A program made the position numbers and the translations under genes. A stretch of DNA of 64,000 nucleotides from Candidatus Cloacimonadales bacterium. Lineage in GTDB: Bacteria; Cloacimonadota; Cloacimonadia; Cloacimonadales; DAONDQ01. Location: NCBI GenBank assembly GCA_963662275.1, contig OY759316.1, positions 448,001 through 512,000 on the forward strand. The letters run 5' to 3'. This document shows, one piece after another, positions 1-10,719 of this stretch. The notes beneath the pieces are model-generated. The model had not been told where the DNA came from and did no database searches. It saw nothing but the letters and a program-made list of their open reading frames with translations. Numbering within the stretch: position 1 is the first letter of the stretch; each line of letters starts with the position of its first letter.

Positions 1-2
1 AT

Positions 3-1421
3 GGGGAATTCAATGATCCCGTTGACTTCTTTGATTTCCTTCGCTCTCGATCAGGTTCCCAAGATGCAGAAATTCCCTTGAATAATGATGGATATGGCGT
101 AATTTATTATCAACGGGGAAGCTCAATAATTACACACAAACAGGAATTCTATAAGTCTGGTTTTGATACTTGGTACACTCCACGTCGCGATGAACCGATG
201 GATCTCGCTGAGATAGCTATTACGAATCCGATGAATGAAGCGACAATCGTACTAGGGCATGACCGGCTTGGCACAGGTGGAAGTGGAAACCATCCTTTTT
301 TATTTGATTGGAATGGGAACACATATACTTTTATGCATAATGGTAGTGTTGATCCCCTTGTATGTGATGCCTTTATGAACTATTTAGGACCGACTTGGTT
401 CGAAAATCATCCATCCAATTGGATGGGTGTTTATGGAAATCCGAGAACTTTTATTGATAGCGAACTGATGTTTCATTTTATCATGTCAAAGATCATTTTA
501 CGTGATGGTAACGTCGTTGCAGGGATAACGGATGCTTTGAATAGCAATGATGTTCTTGGAATCAACTTCGCATATAGGGTATTTAATGCAGAAACGGTCA
601 TGAATTTTGTTTTATCAGACGGTAAAGCACTTTATGTATTTCGAAATTCACCGTATCGGGATTCCATACATAATCTTTCTTATACTGTGATTGACGGTAA
701 GTTTATCGGTATAAAAACCCAGCGAGGATTGGCGAATATTCTAGTCAATAATCAACTGGTCATATTTGAACAAAATGGTAATATCTCGATTAATATGCTT
801 GATCCAACACTACCTGTGGAACTTACAAGTTTTACTGGAACTGTCTCAATTAATGGTCTTGTAACATTGAAATGGCAAACTGCTTCTGAAACCTGTATGA
901 GCGGTTTCAACGTTTTTCGAGGGAATACCGTTATATTTGAAGATGCTAAAAAAATGAATGTTGAAGTGATTTCTGCAACTAATAATGCAGGTGGCAGCAA
1001 CTACGAGTTCATTGATAATGAAATTATTCCGGGACAAGTCCTCCATTATTGGCTTGAATGTGTTGATTACGATGGGACTATCTCTCACATGTTGAATGTA
1101 ACTGTTACTGTACCTATTCAGGATAATTCGGATACCTCGATGCTCTCGCCTTCATCTATGTTACCAAATTACCCAAATCCATTCAGAAAAGGGAATTCAA
1201 CGAATATACCAGTTCAGTTAAGATCAAACGAATCGGGTTCTTTGACTATTTATAATTTGAAAGGACAGAAGGTCAGAGATTTTACAATCTTACCGGGAAC
1301 AAGTAATCTTGTGTGGGATGGACGAAATTCACGTGGTAATTTCTGCGCACCAGGAATATATCTAACCGATTTTAGAACATCTGATTATAGTACAAGCCGA
1401 AAACTGGTTATTGTTAGATAA
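3..1421 (+). CDS. Class II glutamine amidotransferase-like (Ntn) domain protein with C-terminal FlgD-Ig/T9SS-type sorting domain; 5'-truncated by the window edge
   Basis: Frame is open from position 3, so the start is probably upstream. NNDGYGV, GHDR, NHPF, FMHNG and DSE motifs of the GATase-II/EgtC type; LPVELTSF linker; NYPNPF...IYNLKGQKV...WDGRN...G.Y C-terminal domain. Confidence 0.7.
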   Translation, partial: GEFNDPVDFFDFLRSRSGSQDAEIPLNNDGYGVIYYQRGSSIITHKQEFYKSGFDTWYTPRRDEPMDLAEIAITNPMNEATIVLGHDRLGTGGSGNHPFLFDWNGNTYTFMHNGSVDPLVCDAFMNYLGPTWFENHPSNWMGVYGNPRTFIDSELMFHFIMSKIILRDGNVVAGITDALNSNDVLGINFAYRVFNAETVMNFVLSDGKALYVFRNSPYRDSIHNLSYTVIDGKFIGIKTQRGLANILVNNQLVIFEQNGNISINMLDPTLPVELTSFTGTVSINGLVTLKWQTASETCMSGFNVFRGNTVIFEDAKKMNVEVISATNNAGGSNYEFIDNEIIPGQVLHYWLECVDYDGTISHMLNVTVTVPIQDNSDTSMLSPSSMLPNYPNPFRKGNSTNIPVQLRSNESGSLTIYNLKGQKVRDFTILPGTSNLVWDGRNSRGNFCAPGIYLTDFRTSDYSTSRKLVIVR

Positions 1422-1426
1422 TCCTA

Positions 1427-1831
1427 TTATTCATCCAGGAAAGAAATGATTACCTGTCTCGTTCGAGGACCGTCAAATTCGCAAAAGAAGATACCCTGCC
1501 ATTTACCTAAAACAAGTTCACCTTCTTGAACAAGAACCTGTGTCTGACACCCAGTAAGGCTGCTTTTCACATGAGCTGCGGAATTGCCTTCTCCATGTCT
1601 ATACTTCTCATCTGCTAACGGGACAATTTGATCTAAAGCATATAATACATCATGCACCACGTCCGGATCAGCATTTTCGTTGATAGTGATCCCAGCAGTT
1701 GTGTGTGGTACAAAGATTAATAATCTACCATTCAGACAATGGTTTTCCCATACAAATTTCCTGACGATCTGGGTGATGTTGATCATTTCATTCTGCTTTG
1801 TACTGCCAACTGAAGTTTTAATGAACTTCAT
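1427..1831 (-). CDS. yjbQ: YjbQ/UPF0047 family (secondary thiamine-phosphate synthase)
   Basis: HTTAGITINENADPDV, HGEGNSAAHVKSSL, LGKWQGIFFCEFDGPR; ATG at 1831 preceded by GGAGG. Confidence 0.9.
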   Translation of the reverse strand: MKFIKTSVGSTKQNEMINITQIVRKFVWENHCLNGRLLIFVPHTTAGITINENADPDVVHDVLYALDQIVPLADEKYRHGEGNSAAHVKSSLTGCQTQVLVQEGELVLGKWQGIFFCEFDGPRTRQVIISFLDE

Positions 1832-4175
1832 TGAAAACCTCCCTGATTTCTTCATTGTTTTCTATCATGTGGAAATGCGACCATTCACTAGGAAATAAGC
1901 GACGATACCTCAAGTGAGCAAACCGATCATCAATCAGCAGGACAACACCTTTATCCGTTTCAGAACGTATTACTCTACCAGCCGCCTGGAATACACGGTT
2001 GAATCCGGGGTACATATATGCATATTCGAATCCCATTCGATTTGTAGTATCAAAATATTCCCTGATTCTTTCCCGCTCCAGGCATATTTGTGGTAATCCG
2101 ACACCTACAACAACAGCACCAACAAGTTTATCTCCCAACAGATCAATCCCTTCTCCGAAAATACCACCCATCACTGCCATGCCAATCACAAATTGTTTGC
2201 TGTTTTCGTCGAATAATGCCAGGAAGGCTTCTTTCTCTGTTTCTGTCATTCCACTTTTCTGGATTTGCAGATTCAACATTTCATCCTTTTCAGTCAAATT
2301 CTCATAGATACTTTTCAAATACCTGTAGGAAGGAAAGAAAATGAGCAGGTTACCAGGATAATGAATTGTTAGGATTTGGATGGCATCAGCAACTTGATCA
2401 TAAGTGGATTCTCTTTGTTTAAAGTTAGTAGCGATTCCCTTATGGATAAGAAGCTGTAAATTATCTTTGGGAAAGGGAGAAGTTAGTTTCAAAATCTCAG
2501 GCTCTAAACCTGCTGCTAATAGACTTACATAATAATCCATAGGAAGTAGTGTCGCTGAGAAATAAATCGTTGATTTCGCGCGTTTCAGAGCTTCTGCTAT
2601 CAATTTCGAAGGATCAAGGCAAAAAAGTTTAATAAGCAGATGCCTGTTTTGTATTTCATAGTAAGTGATATATTTATCATCAAAAAATTCTGCAGTTCGT
2701 AGGATAGCCAGACATCTGAAGTAAAATTCTAAAAGTAGTTTTGCCCAAGGTGTTGGAATATTTTGTACTAACCATTTCTCAGCGAGTACCAGGAAGCGAT
2801 TTACAGCATTTAGAAGTTCCTCAGGTAATGAAGTTTGCCATTTTTCATTTACTACTTCTTCCTTCATCTGCTTACGAGTATCCCGATACAATTTGATGAA
2901 ACGCTGTAAAGCCGTAACGATGTTTTTCGGTTCCTTTCCGATTGCTTGCTTCAATGTCCGGATCTCATCTTCCAACATATCCGCAGAATACATGTCCCGT
3001 GCTCTATCCGGTAGATTATGCGCTTCATCTACAAGAAAGACATAGGGGTCTTCCGGTATTTCAAAGAAACGGCGCAGATATACACGTGGGTCAAAAACGT
3101 AATTGTAGTCAGCTATGATAACATCAGCCCAGAGTGTCATGAAAAGGGTGAATTCAAAAGGGCAAATCCTGTGTTTCAGTGCATAAGTACAAATAATTTC
3201 ACGGGTCATGATATCTTCGAGGAATAGATCAGTAGCAGCAGCTTTCTCACGATCATAGTATCCTTCCGCGTATTCACATTCTTCCGGATTGCAAGCACAA
3301 CCTGGTTTGAAGCAAATCTTCTCTTTCGCAGTTAGGGTTACACTCTTACATCGCAAGCCTTTTTCCTTCATGGAAGATAATGTGTTTTCGGCAATTACTC
3401 TACCGCTCGTACGGGCGGTTAAATAGAAGATCTTCTCTGTTTTTCCTTCGGGAATAGTCTTTAATGCCGGAAATAAGGCAGCTATCGTTTTACCTATACC
3501 TGTTGGAGCTTGGGCAAAAAGAACTTCTTCCCTGGATATGGAATGATAAACAGATACAGCCATCGAGCGTTGTCCATGCCTGTATTTTTCATAGGGAAAA
3601 GCAAATTCTGTGATTGCGTTATCTCTTACTAATTGCCAATCTCTAATGGTTCTAGCCCATGCAAGGTATTGGTTAACGATGGAATAGAAGAATTCCGTTA
3701 ATTCAGTAATTTGAAAGAGCTGAACCAGTTCTTTGATTTCATGAGTATCCAACTGATAATACGTGAGTTGTATCCGAATGGAAGATATTTGATTTTGAAT
3801 TGCATAAATATAACCGTACATCTTTGCCTGTGCCCAATGAAGTGAACGATTATTTACTTCAATCATCTCAAGAGAGGAAGTTGTTGATTTGATTTCTTCA
3901 ATCAATACCCCCTCTTCTTTTTCCCAAAGACCATCAATCCGACCGCTTATCTGTAAGTGTAAATCATCTGTTTCAAAAAGATAACTAACAGTTACTTCAG
4001 CGTGATAACCTTCGGGACGTGATTTTTGTATCTTCTGATGAGCCTTTGTACCGGCAAGAGCTTTATTCATACTAACAAAAGCAGAGATAATATCTCCACT
4101 TGATAGTACGAATTCCACTAAGTCACGGACAGAAATATGTATAACATGATTTCCTGAGCTATCTCTGGATTTCAA
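1818..4175 (-). CDS. Rad3/DinG-family Fe-S DNA helicase with N-terminal PD-(D/E)XK nuclease-like domain
   Basis: GRIDG...IEEIKST...HWAQ nuclease motif; QAPTGIGKT Walker A; Cys cluster CFKPGCACNPEEC...CPFE; VDEAHN; FSATL; QAAGRVIR. Confidence 0.85.
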   Translation of the reverse strand: MKSRDSSGNHVIHISVRDLVEFVLSSGDIISAFVSMNKALAGTKAHQKIQKSRPEGYHAEVTVSYLFETDDLHLQISGRIDGLWEKEEGVLIEEIKSTTSSLEMIEVNNRSLHWAQAKMYGYIYAIQNQISSIRIQLTYYQLDTHEIKELVQLFQITELTEFFYSIVNQYLAWARTIRDWQLVRDNAITEFAFPYEKYRHGQRSMAVSVYHSISREEVLFAQAPTGIGKTIAALFPALKTIPEGKTEKIFYLTARTSGRVIAENTLSSMKEKGLRCKSVTLTAKEKICFKPGCACNPEECEYAEGYYDREKAAATDLFLEDIMTREIICTYALKHRICPFEFTLFMTLWADVIIADYNYVFDPRVYLRRFFEIPEDPYVFLVDEAHNLPDRARDMYSADMLEDEIRTLKQAIGKEPKNIVTALQRFIKLYRDTRKQMKEEVVNEKWQTSLPEELLNAVNRFLVLAEKWLVQNIPTPWAKLLLEFYFRCLAILRTAEFFDDKYITYYEIQNRHLLIKLFCLDPSKLIAEALKRAKSTIYFSATLLPMDYYVSLLAAGLEPEILKLTSPFPKDNLQLLIHKGIATNFKQRESTYDQVADAIQILTIHYPGNLLIFFPSYRYLKSIYENLTEKDEMLNLQIQKSGMTETEKEAFLALFDENSKQFVIGMAVMGGIFGEGIDLLGDKLVGAVVVGVGLPQICLERERIREYFDTTNRMGFEYAYMYPGFNRVFQAAGRVIRSETDKGVVLLIDDRFAHLRYRRLFPSEWSHFHMIENNEEIREVFNEVH

Positions 4176-4208
4176 TTATAGTACCAAGGTTATGAACAGA
4201 GTTTTACG

Positions 4209-4934
4209 TTATTTCTCTTTTCTCAATTTCCACAATTGATCAAGACTCTCCAATAAAGGTTGAGCTAGTTTTTCAGGTTTATCTGTCTTCTCCGGCATAT
4301 TGGGAAATACGATGTAAGGAACCTGTATGTTATTGATTGTAATATGGGTAGGATTGGAAGCAATCAGTTCATGAAAGTCAATTTCCTTGTAGAGTTTTTC
4401 CATCTTATCCATGGGAAGACCATGTTCCAGGATACTATCAGGTTTATCAGGATTATAACGTCTTTGGTTCTTACGTACTGATTCTTCAAAAGTAACATCA
4501 ACATAGAGAATAGAAGCGCGGGAAAGAATATCATCTGATAAATTAGAAAAAGCACTTTTATATCCGCCATGTTCTGAACCACGGGAGAACTCAATAAGAG
4601 TAGTATGTTCGGCATGGAAGTCTGAAGAATCACGCAACATCTTCTGATACTCAATATTCATTCGACGGATCAGGAGGTCCCATTGGTAATTGAATAAAAA
4701 CATGCCATCCGGATGCGTATGCATCCTGGGCTTTCCCATCTGACGGGAAAGTATGTCATCTTCTTCAAACCAAGTCCACAGCATTGGAAAGTCATCAATT
4801 TCACGTATCTGACCTAAATGATAGAATTCTGTCCTTGTGATTGGTGCTAATTTCTTCACAAAATCAATAATTTCGGACTTACCTGATGCCGGTCGTCCTA
4901 ATAAGAGAAGGATATCAAAATGTCCTTTTGCCAT
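4209..4934 (-). CDS. Uncharacterised P-loop (kinase-like) protein
   Basis: LLLLGRPASGKS Walker A near the N-terminus; ATG at 4934 follows AAAGGAG. Confidence 0.6.
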   Translation of the reverse strand: MAKGHFDILLLLGRPASGKSEIIDFVKKLAPITRTEFYHLGQIREIDDFPMLWTWFEEDDILSRQMGKPRMHTHPDGMFLFNYQWDLLIRRMNIEYQKMLRDSSDFHAEHTTLIEFSRGSEHGGYKSAFSNLSDDILSRASILYVDVTFEESVRKNQRRYNPDKPDSILEHGLPMDKMEKLYKEIDFHELIASNPTHITINNIQVPYIVFPNMPEKTDKPEKLAQPLLESLDQLWKLRKEK

Positions 4935-5278
4935 ATTTATTACTCCTTTGTATTGAAATTTGAAACGATATCCAGGCATATCATCATTTTTGTATAGGGA
5001 CTTTGATCGCACAGCCTGTTTATCCTTTTCAATCCTTTCGAAAAAGATACATAACAGTCTTTTTTGTTTTTTGTAAAGAAGATTCACTATCTAATATCAG
5101 GATTTATGTCAATGAACTTATCATGTAATTTTATTATGACAATAGAGGAATTAAAAAATCAGGTATGAAACAGGAGTATGATTGATTAATTTATTGACTA
5201 TCAATAAACTATAACTATATTTTAATTGTGGAACAGCATGTGCAGTTAGTATTACCAAAGAATTGATTGGGGGAGAGA

Positions 5279-5893
5279 ATGAAAAAGATCAATATTTGGA
5301 AAATGGTAATGTTAGTTATGATGCTATTAGGATTTTGTATTGCAGCATTATCTGCTGATACAATGGATCCTGCTACGGCAAAATGCAAGATATGTGGTTG
5401 CGACATGAAGTTTGATCAAGATTGTTTCATATCTTGTGTTCAAGAAGGTAATACTGACCTCGTCAATCTATTCATCTGTGCAGGTATTGACCCGAATCAG
5501 GTTGATAAGAACGGAGTCACACCTTTGATTTATGCGGCTGAAAATGGTCGTATTGCAGTTGCAAAACAACTGATCAATAGCGGTGCAGACGTTAACAAAA
5601 GAGATAAGGATAATGGCACACCACTAATGATGGCTTCTTGGAGTGGAAAAACGGAACTGGTTGATTTCCTTATTAAGAAGGGTGCTGAAGTGAATGCAAA
5701 AAGTGCTGATGGCTGGACACCTCTTATGTTAGCTGCCTGGAATGGCTATAATGATACCGTTCGTGTTCTGATTTATCACAATGCCGATGTCAATATGCTG
5801 AATAAAACAGGTGATTCTGCCTGGTGGTTGGCTGCCTCTCAAGAACATGAATATACGGCTTCTCTGTTAATAGTAAAAGGCTCTAAGAGATAA
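5279..5893 (+). CDS. Exported ankyrin-repeat protein
   Basis: Signal peptide; repeated G.TPL..AA..G...V..LI..GA.VN units. Confidence 0.9.
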   Translation: MKKINIWKMVMLVMMLLGFCIAALSADTMDPATAKCKICGCDMKFDQDCFISCVQEGNTDLVNLFICAGIDPNQVDKNGVTPLIYAAENGRIAVAKQLINSGADVNKRDKDNGTPLMMASWSGKTELVDFLIKKGAEVNAKSADGWTPLMLAAWNGYNDTVRVLIYHNADVNMLNKTGDSAWWLAASQEHEYTASLLIVKGSKR

Positions 5894-6105
5894 ATAACTC
5901 ATCCAAAATCTCCACATTGCGAACCAGAAAATGGGATTTTCTAAAGAATGCTTTGCGGTTGAGCTTAGTATCCCCTTGCTACAGTTCAACGTAAAGAAAA
6001 TAAGAAAATCCTATTTTCTTTTTTAATAAAGAACTTGCTAATGATAATGGATTTTGTTTTATTGTATAACACATCATGAATTAATAATGATCTTCATGAA
6101 AGGGG

Positions 6106-6555
6106 ATGAACAAGATGAATGACAAAATCTTTAAGAATTTACGCGGTATCCAACAAGGTATGCTCAAAATACTTGGTGAAGTCACATCTCTCACAATTCA
6201 CCCTGTCCATATGGATGAAGGTATGGAAGAGATTTGGCATCCGCATTGTGATATCTATGAAACGAATGAAGAATATCGTATCATGGTGGAACTTGCCGGT
6301 GTCGATAAAAGCTCAATTAATATTACTTCTACGAATGAATATCTGCGCATCTCCGGTGTAAGAACTGTCCTGAATCCAAATTGCAGTATCTGTTATCATA
6401 ACATGGAAATTGAAACTGGGAAGTATGAAAGACTGATTCCAATTCCTTCTACGCCTATTGAAAATGAAAATCCAAAAGTCACTTATGAAGATGGTATGCT
6501 TGTGATCATTTTCAAGATCAAGCCTATTGTGGAGAAGATCATACACATTGATTAA
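6106..6555 (+). CDS. Hsp20/alpha-crystallin small heat shock protein
   Basis: P.CDIYET.EEY.IMVELAGV; EIETGKYER; YEDGMLVI. Confidence 0.85.
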   Translation: MNKMNDKIFKNLRGIQQGMLKILGEVTSLTIHPVHMDEGMEEIWHPHCDIYETNEEYRIMVELAGVDKSSINITSTNEYLRISGVRTVLNPNCSICYHNMEIETGKYERLIPIPSTPIENENPKVTYEDGMLVIIFKIKPIVEKIIHID

Positions 6556-6560
6556 GTCAC

Positions 6561-7340
6561 TTAAATATTTGCCAGCAAACTCAAGTAACCATTTATCAAC
6601 TGATTACCGACCAGTATATGTAGTAATGCAGCAACAATGATAAATGGACCAAAGGGAAATTGTTTACTCTTGTCTTTTTGTATGATAAGGATGGTAATGA
6701 CAGCCAAAACTGCTGATAGAACGATCACAAAAAGGGCATCCGGAAAACCGAAGAAGGTTCCTACTGCGGTTATTAGCTTGATATCTCCACCACCCATGCC
6801 ATCATTCTTCTTTAACCAATAATACATGAAACTTATTCCATAAAAGAACAGGAAACAAATGAATCCACCGATAAGTGAATTTTTAAAACTCACGTCCATA
6901 CCGTGTATAAGTGAAGCAAGCAGACCGATAGCGATCAATGGTAAACTGAGTACGTCCGGGATGATCTGATGAAAGACATCAATGAAAAAAATGCTGATAC
7001 CAAAACCGAAGAATACTATATACTTAACAAAAATTAACCAGTCAGGTGAATGCAAACTGAAATACAGAGCCAGAAAGACTAATGGCGTAACTAATTCTAC
7101 CAGGAAATAATGCCAATGTATCTTCGCTTTACAGTAATGGCATTTTCCACCTAAAAGCAGATAGCTTAAAATGGGAATATTGAGCCAAAAAGGGATTGGT
7201 CTGTTGCAATTCGGACAGTGAGATGCAGGAAATGCAATGGATTCCTTTCGCGGAATTCGATAGATGAGAACATTGAAGAAACTGCCAAAAGCAGCACCCA
7301 ATATGATGATAAAACAAATTACGATGAGGTCAAAGCCCAA
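6561..7340 (-). CDS. pilD: Prepilin peptidase (A24)
   Basis: GSFFNVLIYRIP, SHCPNC, GKCHYC, GMGGGDIKL, PFGPF. Confidence 0.92.
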   Translation of the reverse strand: MGFDLIVICFIIILGAAFGSFFNVLIYRIPRKESIAFPASHCPNCNRPIPFWLNIPILSYLLLGGKCHYCKAKIHWHYFLVELVTPLVFLALYFSLHSPDWLIFVKYIVFFGFGISIFFIDVFHQIIPDVLSLPLIAIGLLASLIHGMDVSFKNSLIGGFICFLFFYGISFMYYWLKKNDGMGGGDIKLITAVGTFFGFPDALFVIVLSAVLAVITILIIQKDKSKQFPFGPFIIVAALLHILVGNQLINGYLSLLANI

Positions 7341-7342
7341 TA

Positions 7343-7795
7343 CTAGGGTCTCCAGAAATTGTCATCATACTGTCCGTAATCGTACACCGAACGCTGCTGG
7401 TATTCAAAACGCACGGTAAATGATTTACTTGGCTGATACATGAGAGAAAATTCAGGTATTATCTTATTCTGATTATCTCCATTGCCTTTATAGTTCATGT
7501 TTTTTTTCCAACTGCCAGTTCCGTTATTCACAAAATTCAGATTCACATTCATGCTTAACTTAGGATTAAACTGGTATTGCATGTGGTTTGTATAGACAGA
7601 CTGATAAAAGCTATGATTGTTGGACATCATTGTGGAGAAGGAAGCCGAATTCGATATATGCAATTTACTGGGATTCAATAAGCTTCCCTGCCAGTTGGAA
7701 GAGCCAAAAGGGTTCGAAGGCTGAAAAGCGGAAGTTTGAGCTTGAAGTACAGAAAATACATATATTAGAATGATTAAAATCATGAATCGTTTCAT
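7343..7795 (-). CDS. Exported hypothetical protein (beta-rich)
   Basis: Signal peptide, GAGG RBS, 150-aa ORF. Confidence 0.6.
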   Translation of the reverse strand: MKRFMILIILIYVFSVLQAQTSAFQPSNPFGSSNWQGSLLNPSKLHISNSASFSTMMSNNHSFYQSVYTNHMQYQFNPKLSMNVNLNFVNNGTGSWKKNMNYKGNGDNQNKIIPEFSLMYQPSKSFTVRFEYQQRSVYDYGQYDDNFWRP

Positions 7796-8104
7796 AAATT
7801 CCTCCTTTGAGGATCAATATTAATGAGTACTTAAGATGCTACACATCTTTCTATACAAACAGTTTCCCAATTTCCTGCATTCAATCTGCAAGAGTTATTC
7901 TTTGTTTAATGCTATTATTATATTTCGATTATATGATATTGATTTCTAGATTATTGTCAAGAAATCGTTTATCTCATTATTATCAGATATTAATCTCCTT
8001 TTTAAAAAAAATTTAAGAAAAGGAAATTCAGATTCCTGTCATATTTCGTTTTCGCACATATCTATGACAAAACCGCACAACACTGTCATGATAATATGCC
8101 ATAC

Positions 8105-9334
8105 CTAATTCTTATGAGATATCATCTCGCCCTTAATCAAGTCTGCAAGCCGTTTTATACCTTCTTTTATCTGTTCCAGGCTTGAGTATGAGAAATTCAA
8201 ACGAAGAGTATTATATTTTTCATGACCTTCTGCATAGAATTTGCTGCCTGGAATGAAGGAAACTTTCTCGGTGGCTGCTTTATGAAACAACAAATCAGCA
8301 TTAATATAACCTGGCAGAGTAACCCAGATAAAAATACCACCGACCGGTTTCGTCCACTTCACTTCAGTAGGCATGTTTTGTGTTAGAGCATCTAGCATTG
8401 TCTGCAAATAGGGACGATAATAATCAGTGATCATTTTCAAATGAGGCTTCAATTTACCGGAAAGAAGGTAATGGGCGATTACTCGAGAAGTGACTCCATC
8501 AGGACTAACCGTTACTTTCTGTTGCCAACTGCACATTTTGGAAATCAATTCTTCCTGTCCTAAAACATAAGCACATCGAAGACCGGGACCCAGTATCTTT
8601 GAAAAAGACTTAACGTGTGTCACGAGAGATTTCTGTGTCTCTTTGTCCTGTGCCAGTTCATAGATTGTAGGAATTCGTTCATTTTGGTATCTTAACTCGT
8701 TATAGGGATTATCTTCCAAGATAGGAACCTGGTATTTTTCTGCAATTTCAAGCAATTGCTTTCGTTTAATGAGACTCATAGAGATACCTGATGGATTCTG
8801 GAAATCAGGGATCGTATACAGGAATTTGATTTTCTTTCCGGCAGTGTGCAATTGCATGATCTCTGCTTCCAATTCTTCCATGATAATTCCATCATCATTA
8901 ATTTCAATACCAACAAGTTCAGCACCGAATGCATCAAATGCAACTAGAGAACCAAGGAAGCTTGGAGCTTCATAAAGAATGACATCCCCATCTTCAACCA
9001 GGGAGCGAGTATAATAATATATGGCATTCGTTGAACCGACCGTGATCAGAATCTCATCATCTGTCAGCCCATGATATCCTTCTGTTTCACGGATTGCCTG
9101 TTTCAGGAGTTTATCTCCTTCACTAGCTCCATATTGAAGGACATCGTTGCCTTCTTCAAGAACGACGTTTCGATATAACTCCGCTAAGTCTGCCTTGGGG
9201 AAAGTGTTTGGTGAAGGAAATCCACCGGCAAATGAAATCAAACCCGGAATACCTTTTGTGGATGCCACCAATTCACGGATTAAAGATGTCTTCATAGTTT
9301 TCGTATGTTGTGTAAATAGTTTGCTATAATCCAT
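8105..9334 (-). CDS. PLP-dependent class I/II aminotransferase (LysN/2-aminoadipate transaminase-like)
   Basis: ISFAGGFP, YTIPDFQNPSG, EDNPY, SFSKILGPGLR, LRLNFS. Confidence 0.9.
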   Translation of the reverse strand: MDYSKLFTQHTKTMKTSLIRELVASTKGIPGLISFAGGFPSPNTFPKADLAELYRNVVLEEGNDVLQYGASEGDKLLKQAIRETEGYHGLTDDEILITVGSTNAIYYYTRSLVEDGDVILYEAPSFLGSLVAFDAFGAELVGIEINDDGIIMEELEAEIMQLHTAGKKIKFLYTIPDFQNPSGISMSLIKRKQLLEIAEKYQVPILEDNPYNELRYQNERIPTIYELAQDKETQKSLVTHVKSFSKILGPGLRCAYVLGQEELISKMCSWQQKVTVSPDGVTSRVIAHYLLSGKLKPHLKMITDYYRPYLQTMLDALTQNMPTEVKWTKPVGGIFIWVTLPGYINADLLFHKAATEKVSFIPGSKFYAEGHEKYNTLRLNFSYSSLEQIKEGIKRLADLIKGEMISHKN

Positions 9335-9559
9335 GCTAAATTCCTTTATCTTTTATTTTTTTCTGATGGCAGAATAAATGTAGATAAAAGTTAGTCAAAT
9401 GATTTGATAAATAGAGGACGCTTCCAATAGAAAGCACCATAAATCTCATTTAGACAAGATGTAGTTAAATATACGATACTATTTCTTATTTCAATTTTCA
9501 AGAGATAAATTCGCATGATTTGACGTAGGCTACTTATCAAATTTGTCAAAAAAATAAAC

Positions 9560-9588
9560 TTGACTTGAAATTGAAACAATCTTATAAA
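9560..9588 (+). promoter_or_regulatory. Putative sigma70 promoter
   Basis: TTGACT-17 bp-TATAAA about 50 bp upstream of the ATG at 9640. Confidence 0.45.
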
Positions 9589-9639
9589 CTGCTATTGTTA
9601 TTGTTTATAATAATGACTGCAATTATTGAAGGAGGAACT

Positions 9640-10524
9640 ATGAAATTCATCTTTCTAATTTGGCTAGTACTATTGACATCTTTTCTATGTGCACAAGCTC
9701 AAATGAATGTGCATACTACAACAGGCACTACTACGATTAATCTTAATGAAATTACAGATATCACTTTCAGCCAGGGGACAATAATGGAGGATATGATATT
9801 CGTTCAAGGTGGAACGTTTAACAATGGAACTTCGAATGTTACAGTATCTTCTTTTTACCTGGATAAGTATGAAGTGAAACAAAGCGAATATCAATTAGTA
9901 ATGGGTAATAATCCTTCGCAATTCTCAAACGTAACGAATGGACCTGTGGAGCAAGTTAACTGGTACAGTATCATCGAGTATTGCAACAAACGGAGTATGA
10001 ATGAGGGATTGACTCCTTGTTATAGCTACAGTACCTATGGGACAGATCCAATGAACTGGCCTACTTATTGGAATTCAGCGAATGAGAATCATATCAGTAT
10101 ATCCTGTAACTGGGGAGCCAATGGTTATCGACTTCCTTCTGAAGCAGAATGGGAATTTGCAGCTCATGGCGGAACTCAGACTCACAATTATACGTACAGT
10201 GGCAGCAATACGCTTGGAGATGTAGCCTGGTATTTTTTAAACTCGGGAATGGTTACCCATCCCGTGGGAATAAAAGCCGCTAATGAACTTGGTTTATTTG
10301 ATATGAACGGTAATGTTTGGGAATTTGTATGGGATATCTACGAAGATTATTCAAATGAACCCCAAAATAATCCACACGGTCCTGTAACAGGAGATTACCG
10401 TGTTGTCCGTGGGGGAGGTTGGGATGATATTGCAACCAATTGTCTGTTAACACTCAGGGCAACTAGTGAACCTACGATGTATGGGCACAATGTCGGTTTC
10501 AGAGTATGCAGGACGACTCCTTGA
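9640..10524 (+). CDS. Exported FGE-sulfatase (SUMF1)/C-type-lectin-fold protein, paralog 1
   Basis: GGAGG RBS + ATG at 9640; signal peptide; YRLPSEAEWEFAA, NELGLFDMNGNVWE, RVVRGGGW, GFRVCR. Confidence 0.9.
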   Translation: MKFIFLIWLVLLTSFLCAQAQMNVHTTTGTTTINLNEITDITFSQGTIMEDMIFVQGGTFNNGTSNVTVSSFYLDKYEVKQSEYQLVMGNNPSQFSNVTNGPVEQVNWYSIIEYCNKRSMNEGLTPCYSYSTYGTDPMNWPTYWNSANENHISISCNWGANGYRLPSEAEWEFAAHGGTQTHNYTYSGSNTLGDVAWYFLNSGMVTHPVGIKAANELGLFDMNGNVWEFVWDIYEDYSNEPQNNPHGPVTGDYRVVRGGGWDDIATNCLLTLRATSEPTMYGHNVGFRVCRTTP

Positions 10525-10535
10525 TTGTTCCTAAG

Positions 10536-10561
10536 GATTGCCAAATTCCAATTTGGCAATC
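10536..10561 (+). terminator. Hairpin after FGE paralog 1 (terminator or REP-like)
   Basis: GATTGCCAAAT-TCCA-ATTTGGCAATC, perfect 11-bp stem without a clear U-tract. Confidence 0.45.
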
Positions 10562-10719
10562 ATAGATTTACAAAGAATCTTGTCCCCCTTGTGAAGAGAT
10601 TAGGGAAGGGATTTTTCATTGTTCAATAAGAGTAGCTTCCAATTCCTTCTTTTCAGCACAAGAGAACAACTGGAAAACGACAGTTAATAAACACTCAAAC
10701 GATGCCTATAATTCTCTCA

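Noticed and set aside
1818..4175. Cas4/DinG of a type IV CRISPR system
   Set aside because: No array or other cas genes; nuclease-DinG fusions occur as stand-alone repair proteins
5894..6105. CIRCE element upstream of Hsp20
   Set aside because: No TTAGCACTC-N9-GAGTGCTAA match seen
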